A DNA stretch of 64,000 nucleotides from Sulfolobales archaeon HS-7 (GCA_019704295.1 AP024596.1:480001-544000); one strand, 5' to 3'. Shown: positions 52,376 to 63,129, counted from the first letter of the stretch. Notes: a model not told the origin generated them from the letters alone. Program-made: numbers and translations.

Positions 52376-53253
52376 AAATAGCTTATTATCCTGGTTGTGC
52401 TACTCACGGTTATGCCCATGATGTAGATACTGCGACGAAAATTGTCGCAGAGACTCTAGGAATAGAATTAGTAGAGGTTGACGATTGGAATTGCTGTGGT
52501 GGTGGATTTTTGGATGAGAAAGATCCTGTTAGCCACGTAGCTCTTAACCTCAGGAACCTTTCACAAGTGGAGAAAATGGGATTTAACAAGATGACTACGC
52601 CGTGTAGTGTGTGTTTACATAGTCACAGAAAGGCAGAGGTAGTGTATAAGGAAGATACAAACTTAAGGAGGAGTGTTGACGAGAGAATAAAGGAGACCTC
52701 CGTCAAATATAGTGGCAACTCGACTACGGAGCACCTAGTGTGGATATTAGTAAGAGATGTGGGAGTAGAGACGATAAAATCAAGAGTCAAGAAGCCGCTT
52801 ACAGGAATAAGAGTAGCTGCTTTCTACGGATGCCAAATGCTGAGACCGTCAAAGTACTTAGGTTTCGAAGACCCCTTCACTGCTAAGAGCCTTGAAACCT
52901 TAATTCAAACGACAGGAGCTACCCCTGTTACCTTCCCGATGAGAAGCGCGTGTTGCGGTTTTCCATTAATGGGAAGTAATGAGAAAGGAGCTCTAAGGCT
53001 AGCCTTTAATGTGTTAAATAGTGCCAAACAGATGAATTCCGATTTACTAGTTCATCCATGTTCTCTGTGTCATCTACAGATGGATATAACTCAAGAGAAA
53101 GTTAAGGCGGAATTCAATCTGACCTGGAGACTGCCTGCTATATATATAACACAACTTTTAGGATTGGCGTTTGGATATAGTGCGGATGAATTGGAAATTC
53201 CTAAATACGCTAGGGAAGTCCTCACTGAGAAGGGATATCTAACTACCTTTTAA
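52372..53253 (+). CDS. sdhC: Succinate dehydrogenase CCG-domain subunit (SdhC/SdhE, HdrB-like)
   Basis: YYPGC, WNCCGG, CSVC, FYGC, CCG, CSLCH; ATGA overlap with sdhB. Confidence 0.92.
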   Translation: MKIAYYPGCATHGYAHDVDTATKIVAETLGIELVEVDDWNCCGGGFLDEKDPVSHVALNLRNLSQVEKMGFNKMTTPCSVCLHSHRKAEVVYKEDTNLRRSVDERIKETSVKYSGNSTTEHLVWILVRDVGVETIKSRVKKPLTGIRVAAFYGCQMLRPSKYLGFEDPFTAKSLETLIQTTGATPVTFPMRSACCGFPLMGSNEKGALRLAFNVLNSAKQMNSDLLVHPCSLCHLQMDITQEKVKAEFNLTWRLPAIYITQLLGLAFGYSADELEIPKYAREVLTEKGYLTTF

Positions 53254-54042
53254 TTTCCAATATAATCCGTCATCTAATATAAAGGCTTCAGCGTTTAAAC
53301 CAGACAGTAGTGATTTCACGAAAATCGAATTCATGAGAACCGATGTTGACGTGGGTATTCTACCTCGTTCTTGCATAACTTTTATTACAATTTGTTCGGC
53401 AGTTAACGGTTTGTCACTAATTAACGAGATCACTTTTTTCTCTAAATTTCTAAGGTATGTTATGTTTTTCTCAATCAATTCTATCATCTTTCTACTATTA
53501 GTTATTATAGGTCCGTGCGCAATAACGGAATACTCCTTGGATTTAACCACCTCTTTCACTTTCTCTAGGGATTCCAACTCTGCCCATACATCTGCATGAA
53601 AGGGAAAAACGAAATTCTCTAGAACCTTTTCGCCTAACACGGTATCACCAAGATATACAACCTTATCGAACAGAAATATAACATGCCCCGGTGTATGACC
53701 TGGAGTCCGGAGGGTCTCGACTGGTGAGTTACCTAATTCCGTGATAATATCCCCCCTTATGAGATCATAAGTAAAGATTTCGTTATATCTTGACGAGAAT
53801 CCATATACCATCATTCGTCTACCAATGTCGGTTAATCCCCATAAATCCTCCTTTGGGAGAAACTTCTTCCCATCTTTCAGCAGACCTGCTATATGATCAG
53901 CGTGTCCATGAGTAGCTAAAAAGTACTCCGCCTTAATTCCTAGCTCCGAATTCTTTCCTCCTAAATCCACAACGAAAGTATCATCAACAATTAATGTATT
54001 AGGACTACCAGGAATAACCTCTATCCCTTGAGCGATTTTCAT
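53239..54042 (-). CDS. Metallo-beta-lactamase fold hydrolase
   Basis: THGHADH, PGHTPGH, LGD, AHG. Confidence 0.92.
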   Translation of the reverse strand: MKIAQGIEVIPGSPNTLIVDDTFVVDLGGKNSELGIKAEYFLATHGHADHIAGLLKDGKKFLPKEDLWGLTDIGRRMMVYGFSSRYNEIFTYDLIRGDIITELGNSPVETLRTPGHTPGHVIFLFDKVVYLGDTVLGEKVLENFVFPFHADVWAELESLEKVKEVVKSKEYSVIAHGPIITNSRKMIELIEKNITYLRNLEKKVISLISDKPLTAEQIVIKVMQERGRIPTSTSVLMNSIFVKSLLSGLNAEAFILDDGLYWKLKGS

Positions 54043-54096
54043 GACTCTATGTTGTTACGAAATAGTTATTTAATGTAAGCGTTTGATTTTAGCTAA

Positions 54097-55074
54097 ATGA
54101 GAAGAGTCCTGCTTACTGCGAAGGCGTTCATTCTCGATAACTTGAGAAGCAGATTTACCATATTTTGGATCGTAATTTTCCCTGTGGTCATATTTCTACT
54201 TTTCCTACTTATTTTCGGCAACATGTCTACTTTCTCATATCACGTATACGTACTCGGAACTAATGCATCAACGATTGTAAGGGAATTAAATGCTTTGAAC
54301 ATTCCTTCAAGCGTAGGTAGGGTTAACCTAAACCAAGAACCCGGTATCTTGGTTATCGTTAACAATTCGCAAATTGAAGTTAACTACTCAACCGGTTTAA
54401 AGCTTCAAGCAGCAGGGATTTACTCTTACGTTAAGTGCTTGAAATTAAACAAGACCCCTCCGATCTCCATAGGGGGGAAATTTAGTACGGGAAAGTACAT
54501 AGCTACGGGCATGCTTGGCATTATTGCATTGACGAACGGCGTTTTCGGGATAGTGGGAGTGGCATCAGGATATTACAGAGACGGACTTACAATAAGATTA
54601 GCATCATCACCTCTCTCTAACATTGAATGGGTATTATCGTATGTAATTTACGAGCTGGTAATTACAGCACTATCCACGTTGGCCTTACTGATATTCTCAG
54701 CGATTCTAGGTATACTACCCTCCCTATCACCGATATTAATTCTCGCATTATTACTTGGTACTATAATGTTCGCCGGCATAGGAGAATTCATTTTCGGACT
54801 CACGCCCAAGGACAGGATCTTCATAGGAGAGTCGATCGCGACAGTTTTAATCTTCCCTTTAATGTTTCTCAGTAACTCTTTCTATGCTACGTCAAACTTC
54901 CCTATAGTTGTCTCGACAGCTCTACAATACATGCCTGTGAGTGCAGTAAATTCGATTATACGATTTTCAGTATTCGGTGGTCCTTTTCCGACTATCAGTT
55001 TACTTGAGGTTGTGATCATTGCGACAATTTTCATACTCCTCGGTAGCAAGTCCATGAGGCTAAGGGAAGTATGA
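54097..55074 (+). CDS. ABC-2 type permease (no adjacent ATPase)
   Basis: FWIVIFP, YRDGLTIRLASSPLS, FPLMFLSNSFY. Confidence 0.85.
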   Translation: MRRVLLTAKAFILDNLRSRFTIFWIVIFPVVIFLLFLLIFGNMSTFSYHVYVLGTNASTIVRELNALNIPSSVGRVNLNQEPGILVIVNNSQIEVNYSTGLKLQAAGIYSYVKCLKLNKTPPISIGGKFSTGKYIATGMLGIIALTNGVFGIVGVASGYYRDGLTIRLASSPLSNIEWVLSYVIYELVITALSTLALLIFSAILGILPSLSPILILALLLGTIMFAGIGEFIFGLTPKDRIFIGESIATVLIFPLMFLSNSFYATSNFPIVVSTALQYMPVSAVNSIIRFSVFGGPFPTISLLEVVIIATIFILLGSKSMRLREV

Positions 55075-57293
55075 GAGAAGAGATTTTGGAACGGTTTATT
55101 AGCGATTTCGAGAAGGCGAAGATGTTAAATTACAGACAATTAGCCTACATTGAGGGAAGTGACTCTGTTACAACCGCATTACACTTAGTAAAAAAGTACA
55201 TAGAGACTACAGCTAATCCTAGAATCGTGTATTTCTATCATCCGTGGATAAGTAACGCGAAGGAAAGGTTAAACAAGTTCCTCAATATTTACAGCAACCT
55301 GGTTGATGTAGACTACGACACCTCAGAGAAAATATTAGGAGAGACAAGTGACGTAGCAATTCTAGACATGATAGATGATTTCAGACCGAACTATATTGCA
55401 AGAGCTGTAGAAACCGTAAAGGGAGGCGGACTAATTGTGATGTATACTGACGAAATGTCCTCAAACACTAAGCTTTTCAGAAGTACGATAATAACGGGAG
55501 ATGGAATCGATGATTATTATGAGAGACGTTTTCTGGAAAAAATGAACAAATACAAGGGGATCTTGGTCATTAAAGGAGATGAGGCAAACTACGATCCCTT
55601 ACCTCTTAAACCAAAAGTCGATGAGCCAAAAAAGGGAACTAATGACGATCCAGTCTCCCTCTGCATATCAATTGACGAGGAGGAAGCATTCAGAGAACTC
55701 AGCTTTCTATTACGGGGAGGAAGAAGGGTAGTCAGTATAATATCTCCCAGGGGGAGGGGAAAAAGTTCTGTTACTGGAATATTCCTTGGATATTTAGCGA
55801 GAAAAAGAAGGGATAGAAGAACTAAAGTAATAGTTACCTCTCCATCACCTGAGTCGTCGTCTCAGATCATGAGTCTCCTCACTAAGACGTTGAAACTACT
55901 AATGGTATCGTATGAGGAAAAAAAGGACTCTAGAGGGAACACAGTCTCAGTAATTACAGATAACCTTACAGTGAAGTGGGTTCCTCCACATGTAGCGATG
56001 AAGGAGGATGGGTTTGCCATCGTGGTTGATGAAGCGGCGGCCTTAGGTCTCTCCTTTGTGGATTATTTCGTTAGAAAATGGGACAAGGTAATATTACTTA
56101 CAACTGTCCACGGCTATGAGGGTTCAGGAAGGAGCTTTATAAAATTCCTGAACGAGTACCTTGGGAAAAGGAAAGGTTTAAAGTCGATTACAATATCAAT
56201 GAGTACTCCCTTAAGATATTCCGAGGGAGATTACGTGGAAAAATGGCTTTACGATAGCCTATTGCTTGACGCAGAACCAGCGAAACCTAATCTACGAGAT
56301 ATGATTTTCTTTGAGGAGATCAATAAAGAGGATTTATTTCATGATGATGAGAAATTAAGGAACTTATACGGAATTTTAGTAACTGCACATTACAGGAATA
56401 ATCCCGACGACCTAATGATAATGGCCGACGGCAAACATCATAAGATATTTACTATTACTGACGATATGGGTATTCCCTTAGCGGTAATCCAAGCAGCAAA
56501 GGAGGGGAATCTAGGGAAGGGAATCATTAACGCATCAATGGCGGGCATAACCTATGAAGGCAATCTTATCCCGGACAGAATAATAAAGCATTACAGGTTA
56601 CCCGACTTTGGGAAACTTAATGGGCTTAGGATAGTGAGGATTGCAGTTCATCCGATTTATCAGGATCAGAAGCTCGGGAGTATTCTACTGAAACAGGTCG
56701 TAACTAACGAATCAGAAAAAGTGGACTGGATAGGTTCGTCCTTCATGATAGATAAAAGGGTTTTGAACTTCTGGCTTAGTAACGGATTCAGAGTAGTTCA
56801 TTTATCTCCAAAAAAGAACGTCGAGTTCAACAGTTATTCCGTCATAGTTATCTTACCGATATCAACTAGTGCTAACAAATATATTATGGAAATTGAGAAA
56901 ATTTTAAAACAGAGAATTATCCTGACGATTCATGACGTCTACTTCGATTTGTCCCCAGAGATAGCATTATCCATTTTAAAGCACTTAAATTATAAGGAGT
57001 CTTTGACGATAGACCGTATACATATATTAAAGCTAGTAGCTTTTGTAAACGGGGAGTTACCCTATGAGTCAGTTTCGGATTCGATTAAGCTCCTTTTTCA
57101 TAAGTACATTATGGAGAACATAAGAAATGATCGACTAACACCCGAGATGGAAATGGCGCTAGTATCAAAAGTCCTTCAAGGAAAGCCATGGGGAACGACC
57201 GGATTTCTCCTTGGTCTGAGAAGCCAAGACATTCAACAACTAATACATGAGGCGGTGTTACTACTCCTAGATTCCTTAGGATATACAGTATAG
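55071..57293 (+). CDS. tmcA: tRNA/rRNA cytidine acetyltransferase TmcA/Nat10
   Basis: ETVKGGG, RGRGKSS, VDEAAA, TTVHGYEGSGR, AHYRNNPDDL, GNAT RIVRIAVHP…QKLGS. Confidence 0.93.
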   Translation: MREEILERFISDFEKAKMLNYRQLAYIEGSDSVTTALHLVKKYIETTANPRIVYFYHPWISNAKERLNKFLNIYSNLVDVDYDTSEKILGETSDVAILDMIDDFRPNYIARAVETVKGGGLIVMYTDEMSSNTKLFRSTIITGDGIDDYYERRFLEKMNKYKGILVIKGDEANYDPLPLKPKVDEPKKGTNDDPVSLCISIDEEEAFRELSFLLRGGRRVVSIISPRGRGKSSVTGIFLGYLARKRRDRRTKVIVTSPSPESSSQIMSLLTKTLKLLMVSYEEKKDSRGNTVSVITDNLTVKWVPPHVAMKEDGFAIVVDEAAALGLSFVDYFVRKWDKVILLTTVHGYEGSGRSFIKFLNEYLGKRKGLKSITISMSTPLRYSEGDYVEKWLYDSLLLDAEPAKPNLRDMIFFEEINKEDLFHDDEKLRNLYGILVTAHYRNNPDDLMIMADGKHHKIFTITDDMGIPLAVIQAAKEGNLGKGIINASMAGITYEGNLIPDRIIKHYRLPDFGKLNGLRIVRIAVHPIYQDQKLGSILLKQVVTNESEKVDWIGSSFMIDKRVLNFWLSNGFRVVHLSPKKNVEFNSYSVIVILPISTSANKYIMEIEKILKQRIILTIHDVYFDLSPEIALSILKHLNYKESLTIDRIHILKLVAFVNGELPYESVSDSIKLLFHKYIMENIRNDRLTPEMEMALVSKVLQGKPWGTTGFLLGLRSQDIQQLIHEAVLLLLDSLGYTV

Positions 57294-57355
57294 TGAAAGA
57301 CAAACTTTCTCAGTTAAGGAAAAATTTATTCATTTAAATATCCGAGAATATTATT

Positions 57356-57814
57356 ATGAAGAGATTTAACACCGGACGCGTTAAGAGGGGTTCTTTGAAA
57401 ATACTTATACTTAATGCGGTTAAATCAGGACCTGTAAAAAGCTATGAAATAATGAAAAGTTTAGAGAATATGACTAATGGTATATACTCTCCAAGCCCAG
57501 GCGCAATATATCCTGTGCTCAAGAAGCTTACCGATAGCGGTTTGATCAGAGTGTATGAGGAAGATGGAACAAAATACTACGTAATCGCCCCCAAAGGAGA
57601 GAAAGAGTTACAGGAATTCAAGGAGGAGGTAAAGCACTTACTCACAAATAAGGGAGAAAAAGGACTCATTCTACCCAAGATTTTCGAATTAGGAGTCCTT
57701 CTTTATAAAAACTCTAGAGATATCGACGAGAAGAAGGCGAAGGATATTATAAATATTTTGGATGACTGTAAATATAAAATAGAGCAACTTCTGAAGAGAG
57801 AGATAAGTAACTAG
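57356..57814 (+). CDS. PadR-family transcriptional regulator
   Basis: GSLKILIL, YEIMK, PSPGAIYPVLKKL…G, KYYVI. Confidence 0.92.
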   Translation: MKRFNTGRVKRGSLKILILNAVKSGPVKSYEIMKSLENMTNGIYSPSPGAIYPVLKKLTDSGLIRVYEEDGTKYYVIAPKGEKELQEFKEEVKHLLTNKGEKGLILPKIFELGVLLYKNSRDIDEKKAKDIINILDDCKYKIEQLLKREISN

Positions 57815-58183
57815 AGGAAACTTTTACACTTTGACCGGTATACCCTAAAATTGTCTTACAGAAATAATTTCGATTGGTTAATATTAGTTTATGCAAAAAC
57901 AATGGAATTTATAAGTATATTATACTTTGTCACACCCTGAAAGTCAAGAGAAATTCTCTCATGGGACTCTACGTAACGCGTCTGACTATGTGGAACACTG
58001 GAAATCATACTTTAGAAGATTTATCATATACAAACTAATACCCTGGTTTTAAGCCCTGATAAAGTATATTACTCACATTAATTACGTATTGTCCATCCTC
58101 ACCACAAATAGTGAAGCTTTTCTGATACAGCCACTTTGTAATTTGAGAGGAACTTTTTATCAACGAGATTTATACTTAAAGAT

Positions 58184-58849
58184 ATGTATATGTTTATAGA
58201 CGCCGTAAAATTCACGGAAACTTGGTGGAGTATTGGAAGCGGTGAGAAAAAGAAATTGTTAGGTATAGTCAACGAATATATTAGTGACAAAAGACCCTTA
58301 CTCTTTAGGAAGTACATCTCGTTGCGCTATGACTCGGACATGCTCTTTTGGATCGCTGTAGAGGATCCCGAAGATATAGCTAAATTTAGGGTTTACATAA
58401 ACTCGTTTCTTTACCCTTATCTAAAAGAAATTTTTAGCATGCTATCAATATATGAGCCATCTCCATACGTTAATTCCGATATTAAACAGTTTACTTATCC
58501 CCCAAAAAAATATTTCATAGCTTACCCAATGAAAAAGGAGGTAGAATGGTATCTCCTACCGTTTGAAGAAAGAAAGAGAATTATGGCAGAGCACATAGGT
58601 ATGGCTAGGAGTCATCCAGAAGCCAAAGACATCCTCTCCTATACAACTTATTCCTTCGGATTAGGAGATCAGGAATATGTGGTAATTTACGAAACCGATT
58701 CCCTTTTGCAGTGGTCACATGTTACGGAAAAACTAAGAGAAGCACAGGCCAGAAGATGGATAGTTAAGGAGGAACCTATCTTAGTTGGCAAGCTGTTTAG
58801 CGATGATGATTTAGCTCCATCCAGGTTAGATAGGGGATATTCGAAATAG
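58184..58849 (+). CDS. Chlorite dismutase / coproheme decarboxylase (ChdC/HemQ) family protein
   Basis: YPMKK, WYLLPFEERKRIMAEH (proximal His), YTTYSFGLGDQE. Confidence 0.88.
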   Translation: MYMFIDAVKFTETWWSIGSGEKKKLLGIVNEYISDKRPLLFRKYISLRYDSDMLFWIAVEDPEDIAKFRVYINSFLYPYLKEIFSMLSIYEPSPYVNSDIKQFTYPPKKYFIAYPMKKEVEWYLLPFEERKRIMAEHIGMARSHPEAKDILSYTTYSFGLGDQEYVVIYETDSLLQWSHVTEKLREAQARRWIVKEEPILVGKLFSDDDLAPSRLDRGYSK

Positions 58850-58884
58850 TCGGCACACTAACAATATGATTTAACTTCAGCGTT

Positions 58885-59403
58885 TTAGGTATCCTGTATA
58901 ATACCGAGAAGTTTCCTCACCTCTGCATGAAATTTTCCGTCAGCCTTAAACAACTTAGTGTAGATTATGCTTTTTTCGTCATCAATATAAACTTCAATGT
59001 TGTTATACGCTAGTTTCCCCCATACCCTTTTTGGCGCGCAGTCGTTAGCCACTGACAAGAATCTATTATAAAATAATAAATACATCCTACGAATGCTTTC
59101 TAAATTTATCTCATGTTCACGTCTTGAAATATAGAATGAGGGATTATAGAACATACTTGCAAGCACTTCGGTTGCTGTTAATGACTTCCAATGATCCCTT
59201 CTCTCTAAGGCTTTTTTCGACTCTACAAAAAGATTAATTAATTCATCCCATGGCATATGCTCTATATTGCCCGTATAACTTGTCTTAAGTTTATCCCTGA
59301 TTAGAAATATCCTTTCCTCAATGTGTTCCACTCTAGCTGGGAAGTATGCGTCTACTAAGATATTCTTACACTCATAAAAGGGTATTAACGTTTCATGCAG
59401 CAA
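58885..59403 (-). CDS. Hypothetical protein (172 aa)
   Basis: TTG start overlapping the upstream permease gene; no motif recognised. Confidence 0.6.
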   Translation of the reverse strand: MLHETLIPFYECKNILVDAYFPARVEHIEERIFLIRDKLKTSYTGNIEHMPWDELINLFVESKKALERRDHWKSLTATEVLASMFYNPSFYISRREHEINLESIRRMYLLFYNRFLSVANDCAPKRVWGKLAYNNIEVYIDDEKSIIYTKLFKADGKFHAEVRKLLGIIQDT

Positions 59404-60262
59404 CCTTTCTTAGCCTCGGATTAGAGATTTCGTCAATTCCGTAACTAAAGAGGATCAGTCCTGTCATGAATAGAACTACAGCTATAGACGGGAATAGTAG
59501 ATACCATATCGCTCGTGTCCCATATATGGCACCTGAAGCTAGAGCATTGTTTATAAGTATACCCCAGTTGAACTTATTTACAGGAAGAACTCCTAAGAAG
59601 TAAAGCCCTACAGCTGCGTACAAAGCGCCCTCAACGTTGAATATAAAATGAATTCCTATATATGAGCCTAAGTTAGGCATTACTTCCCTGAATATTATGT
59701 GTCCTGATCCTAAGCCTAGAACTTTGGACACTTCAACATAGGGCATTTGCTTCATTAACAACATCTGGGACCTTATAGAACGTGCCAGCCCAGTCCATCC
59801 ACTTATGCTTAATATACCTGCTAAAATGAAGGGATTAGTACTTCTAATAGAGGTAGCAAGTATTAGAACCAAGATAAGGCTTGGCATCGTCATTACTATG
59901 TCGTTTACTGACATGAGTACGGTATCTATAGTCCCTCCAAGATAACCCGCAGTTAATCCTACGGCTATACCAATAAGAGTTGTAAAGAGTCCAGCCAGGA
60001 AACTCACCTCAAGAATAAATGGTGCTCCCCAGACAATATCACCCAGAATACTGTCACCTATAGGGCCTGTTCCCAAAATATAGTAAGGGTTGTTCAGTTG
60101 AGGAGGTAAGAATTCCATTTTTGGGTTTATCGTAGTTACGTCAGGTTTTGGGACAACTAAAGGGCCTACTGTGGCTAAAAGTATAAAGAATATCGTTATT
60201 AGGAAGCCTACTCTGCCCTTTTTATTAACCCATATAAGTTTCAAGTAGTCAAATAATTTCAT
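59393..60262 (-). CDS. ABC permease, DppC/OppC type
   Basis: ILGTG, GLTAGYLGG, EAA-like YVEVSKVLGLG, EVMPNL, DEISNPRLR. Confidence 0.92.
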   Translation of the reverse strand: MKLFDYLKLIWVNKKGRVGFLITIFFILLATVGPLVVPKPDVTTINPKMEFLPPQLNNPYYILGTGPIGDSILGDIVWGAPFILEVSFLAGLFTTLIGIAVGLTAGYLGGTIDTVLMSVNDIVMTMPSLILVLILATSIRSTNPFILAGILSISGWTGLARSIRSQMLLMKQMPYVEVSKVLGLGSGHIIFREVMPNLGSYIGIHFIFNVEGALYAAVGLYFLGVLPVNKFNWGILINNALASGAIYGTRAIWYLLFPSIAVVLFMTGLILFSYGIDEISNPRLRKVAA

Positions 60263-60329
60263 TATAATCTATTCTTCTTACCAAGTAATTAGAGTTTTTG
60301 CAAAAAAACTTGCGAATACAAACTTGTAC

Positions 60330-62933
60330 TCACTTCCTTTTCCTTATTACAGCTATCAAAACTACTACTAAAATTATAATTATAATACTTATGTATAAAA
60401 TTATTGAAGTTTTGTTGATAGTCGTCAAATCTTTTAGCAGTGTTTGAGAGAGGGAGGGAGAAACGGTTAACGTGAATTGAACGTTCTGGATGAAGGGATA
60501 TAAAGAACCTGTCTGATTCCATTCTAGTGTTAACGGGAGGGTATAGTTAGCAGGAGCTAATACTCCGCTGCTCACACTAACTATATAGGTAACGTTAAAC
60601 ACCTCGCCTGGCCTCACGTCACCAACAAAGGATTTAGAAGCAGTAAGACTTTGGAGGGGATTCGTTGAACTCACATATAGACATATTGCATTGTCACCGC
60701 CTGAGAATATGGCCACTAGGTTCTTCGCCGTCACGTTAGCGTTATTTCTGAGTTCTATAGTAACAGCTACCTTAGATGCGCCAGGAGTTAAGGTTGAATA
60801 ATACACACCAATTACCGAAAAATTAGCTTTTGGATATATAGTTATAGGTATTTTATAATCCAGTACGCCTCCATCAAATTTAATTATTGCGTCCATCTGA
60901 TATAGCCCAGGTTCTATCATGCTTGGAACGTTGATCAAGAAGATCGACTTTTCAACAGTACCAGTAGGTATAGCTCCCAGGTGAACGATGCTAGAGGAAA
61001 TTAGGGGAAACGGTGATGAAAGTGACACGTTAAGTCCCTCTCCTATCCCAGCACCAGTATTACCCAAAATTATCTGAACCTGTACATCAGTGTATCCTTG
61101 GAATATTTGAGGCGGAGTTAACGCATAATTGACTGTTATATTAGGACCTGATATTATAACGGGAATAAAATAAATCTGTGACATACCGTTAAAGTAAGTG
61201 ATCGTAACTGGGATGTTATAGACACCTGGAGTAGCGTTAGGATATACGTTAGCTGTGAAAACAACTGGTACTGGAGTTCCTATGGGTACGTTTCCTACGT
61301 ATTTTGTATTAGTCGTTACCATTATTGGGTATTCCGAAGAGACGCTAACAGACACGTTAGTTGCAACCACTGTACCTCCATTCTGTAAGATAACAGTTAA
61401 CGGTAGTTGAGTTTCTCCTGGAGAGGCAGAAATTGGCGATGACTCCGTACCCCATAACGAAGTAAGGGAATACTTCACGTATCCGGTTATAGAAACGGGA
61501 AGTAACACTGTTTCTTTCATTCCACCATAATATGTTACAGTTACGGGAATGTAATAGATCCCTATAGACGCGTTGTCCACTATATTAGCCATGATAGTGA
61601 CAGTGATTGGTGCTCCAATTGGCATATCCCCTATAAACTGGTGGTCCTGTAACGGAATTATCGGATACGAGTTCCCGATATAAACAGAGGCATTGGTTAT
61701 AGAGACTGTGCCAGAGTTAACTAAAACTATTGAAAGGGGAACATCGGTTTCTCCGGGTGAGACTATTAGTGGTTGGTTTTCACTTCCCCAAACAGTTGTC
61801 CCCGTGAAGTTAACTACGCCCGTGATTACAACTGATACTATTATCTTTTGGGATATACCGTTAAAGTAAGTGATCGTAACTGGGATGTTATAGACACCTG
61901 GAGTAGCGTTAGGATATACGTTAGCTGTGAAAACAACTGGTACTGGAGTTCCTATGGGTACGTTTCCTACATATTGTTTATCGGATAGAAACTGTACTGG
62001 GTACGTTGAGTTAACCTCTACAGTTACGTTAGTAACGGTTGATAGTCCGCCGTTTACTAAAATTATTGACAGGGGGACTCTGCTTTCTCCAGCAGTGACC
62101 TGAATAGGTTGTTGCTCTGTACCCCACACCGACGTTGCAGTGAAGTTAACATATCCCGATATGGTTACAGGAAGTTTCAATTTAGTAACAGAGCCGTTAA
62201 AGTAAGTGATCGTAACTGGGATGTTATAGACACCTGGAGTAGCGTTAGGATATACGTTAGCTGTGAAAACAACTGGTACTGGAGTTCCTATGGGTACGTT
62301 TCCTACGTATTGTTTATCGGATAGAAACTGTACTGGGTACGTTGAGTTAACCTCTACAGTTACGTTAGTGGCAATTACATCTCCTCCATTACTTACATAT
62401 ATAGAAAGTGGTACTCTCTGATCGCCTGCTGAGACCGTCAAAGGATCGGTTTCTGAACCCCAGACCGTATCACCTGTAAAGTTAACGTAACCTAAAATAG
62501 GTACCTGAGATGATACGTTATACACTGGATAAAGTATGTCGTAATAGTAGTACGACGAGTTATATGCTATAAAATACATGTTATAAACTCCGTCATGCGC
62601 CTTTGGATTAACGCCAGTGAAAAGTATGAAGGAGAATTTAAACCCCGGTTGAATTTGCGCAAAAGTGAAGTTAGGTACTCCCCCCTTGTAGTAATATGAC
62701 GTAAACGGAAATACGAAATCTGGCTTTATAATTACATTATACATGACATACGGTTTAATATATACTACAGTGAAGTTTACAGGAACTCCAGATTCGCCTG
62801 GAGCTAATGTTTCCAGTGGCTGTGCATAAATTAAAAAAGGTGAATTATTAGTTGTGGGAACCTGCGCAATCAGAAGAGGAGTGACTAGTCCAATGCACAT
62901 TAATAGAAGCAAAACGATGCTCTTCATGAGCAA
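60330..62933 (-). CDS. Surface protein with tandem ~112-aa beta-sandwich repeats (COG1361 S-layer-domain-like)
   Basis: Signal peptide, repeated VWG…PG…PL…N-G…A-PG-Y-IPVTITY modules, C-terminal TM helix followed by RKRK. Confidence 0.85.
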   Translation of the reverse strand: MLMKSIVLLLLMCIGLVTPLLIAQVPTTNNSPFLIYAQPLETLAPGESGVPVNFTVVYIKPYVMYNVIIKPDFVFPFTSYYYKGGVPNFTFAQIQPGFKFSFILFTGVNPKAHDGVYNMYFIAYNSSYYYYDILYPVYNVSSQVPILGYVNFTGDTVWGSETDPLTVSAGDQRVPLSIYVSNGGDVIATNVTVEVNSTYPVQFLSDKQYVGNVPIGTPVPVVFTANVYPNATPGVYNIPVTITYFNGSVTKLKLPVTISGYVNFTATSVWGTEQQPIQVTAGESRVPLSIILVNGGLSTVTNVTVEVNSTYPVQFLSDKQYVGNVPIGTPVPVVFTANVYPNATPGVYNIPVTITYFNGISQKIIVSVVITGVVNFTGTTVWGSENQPLIVSPGETDVPLSIVLVNSGTVSITNASVYIGNSYPIIPLQDHQFIGDMPIGAPITVTIMANIVDNASIGIYYIPVTVTYYGGMKETVLLPVSITGYVKYSLTSLWGTESSPISASPGETQLPLTVILQNGGTVVATNVSVSVSSEYPIMVTTNTKYVGNVPIGTPVPVVFTANVYPNATPGVYNIPVTITYFNGMSQIYFIPVIISGPNITVNYALTPPQIFQGYTDVQVQIILGNTGAGIGEGLNVSLSSPFPLISSSIVHLGAIPTGTVEKSIFLINVPSMIEPGLYQMDAIIKFDGGVLDYKIPITIYPKANFSVIGVYYSTLTPGASKVAVTIELRNNANVTAKNLVAIFSGGDNAICLYVSSTNPLQSLTASKSFVGDVRPGEVFNVTYIVSVSSGVLAPANYTLPLTLEWNQTGSLYPFIQNVQFTLTVSPSLSQTLLKDLTTINKTSIILYISIIIIILVVVLIAVIRKRK
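61186..62369. repeat. Three near-identical intragenic blocks (61186-61303, 61858-62033, 62194-62369)
   Basis: 113 bp identical in all three. Copies 2 and 3 match over 176 bp with one mismatch. Spacings are 672 and 336 bp. Confidence 0.95.
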
Positions 62934-63129
62934 TAGATATATCGTTTTTACTTAAAAAGTTTCCCCAAAAAGGGATTTACCTTGACATTAAGCACTTTCT
63001 TGATTCTTTGGAGCTATATAGTGGTAAACTATAAGGAATTAACAGCCTTCGATTCCAGTCAGATAACTCTAACAACTCTTAACGCTAGTTGTACAAAATT
63101 TAGGAAAGTTCTGATCGACGTGTAATACT

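Noticed and set aside
58803-58850. C/D box sRNA (ATGATGA followed by GCTCCATCCAGG, complementary to a tRNA D-loop-like sequence)
   Set aside because: No convincing D', C' or terminal CTGA box at canonical spacing; lies within a CDS end
61186-62369. Diversity-generating retroelement template/variable repeat pair
   Set aside because: No reverse transcriptase nearby, all copies are in-frame within one gene, and there is no adenine-specific mismatch pattern
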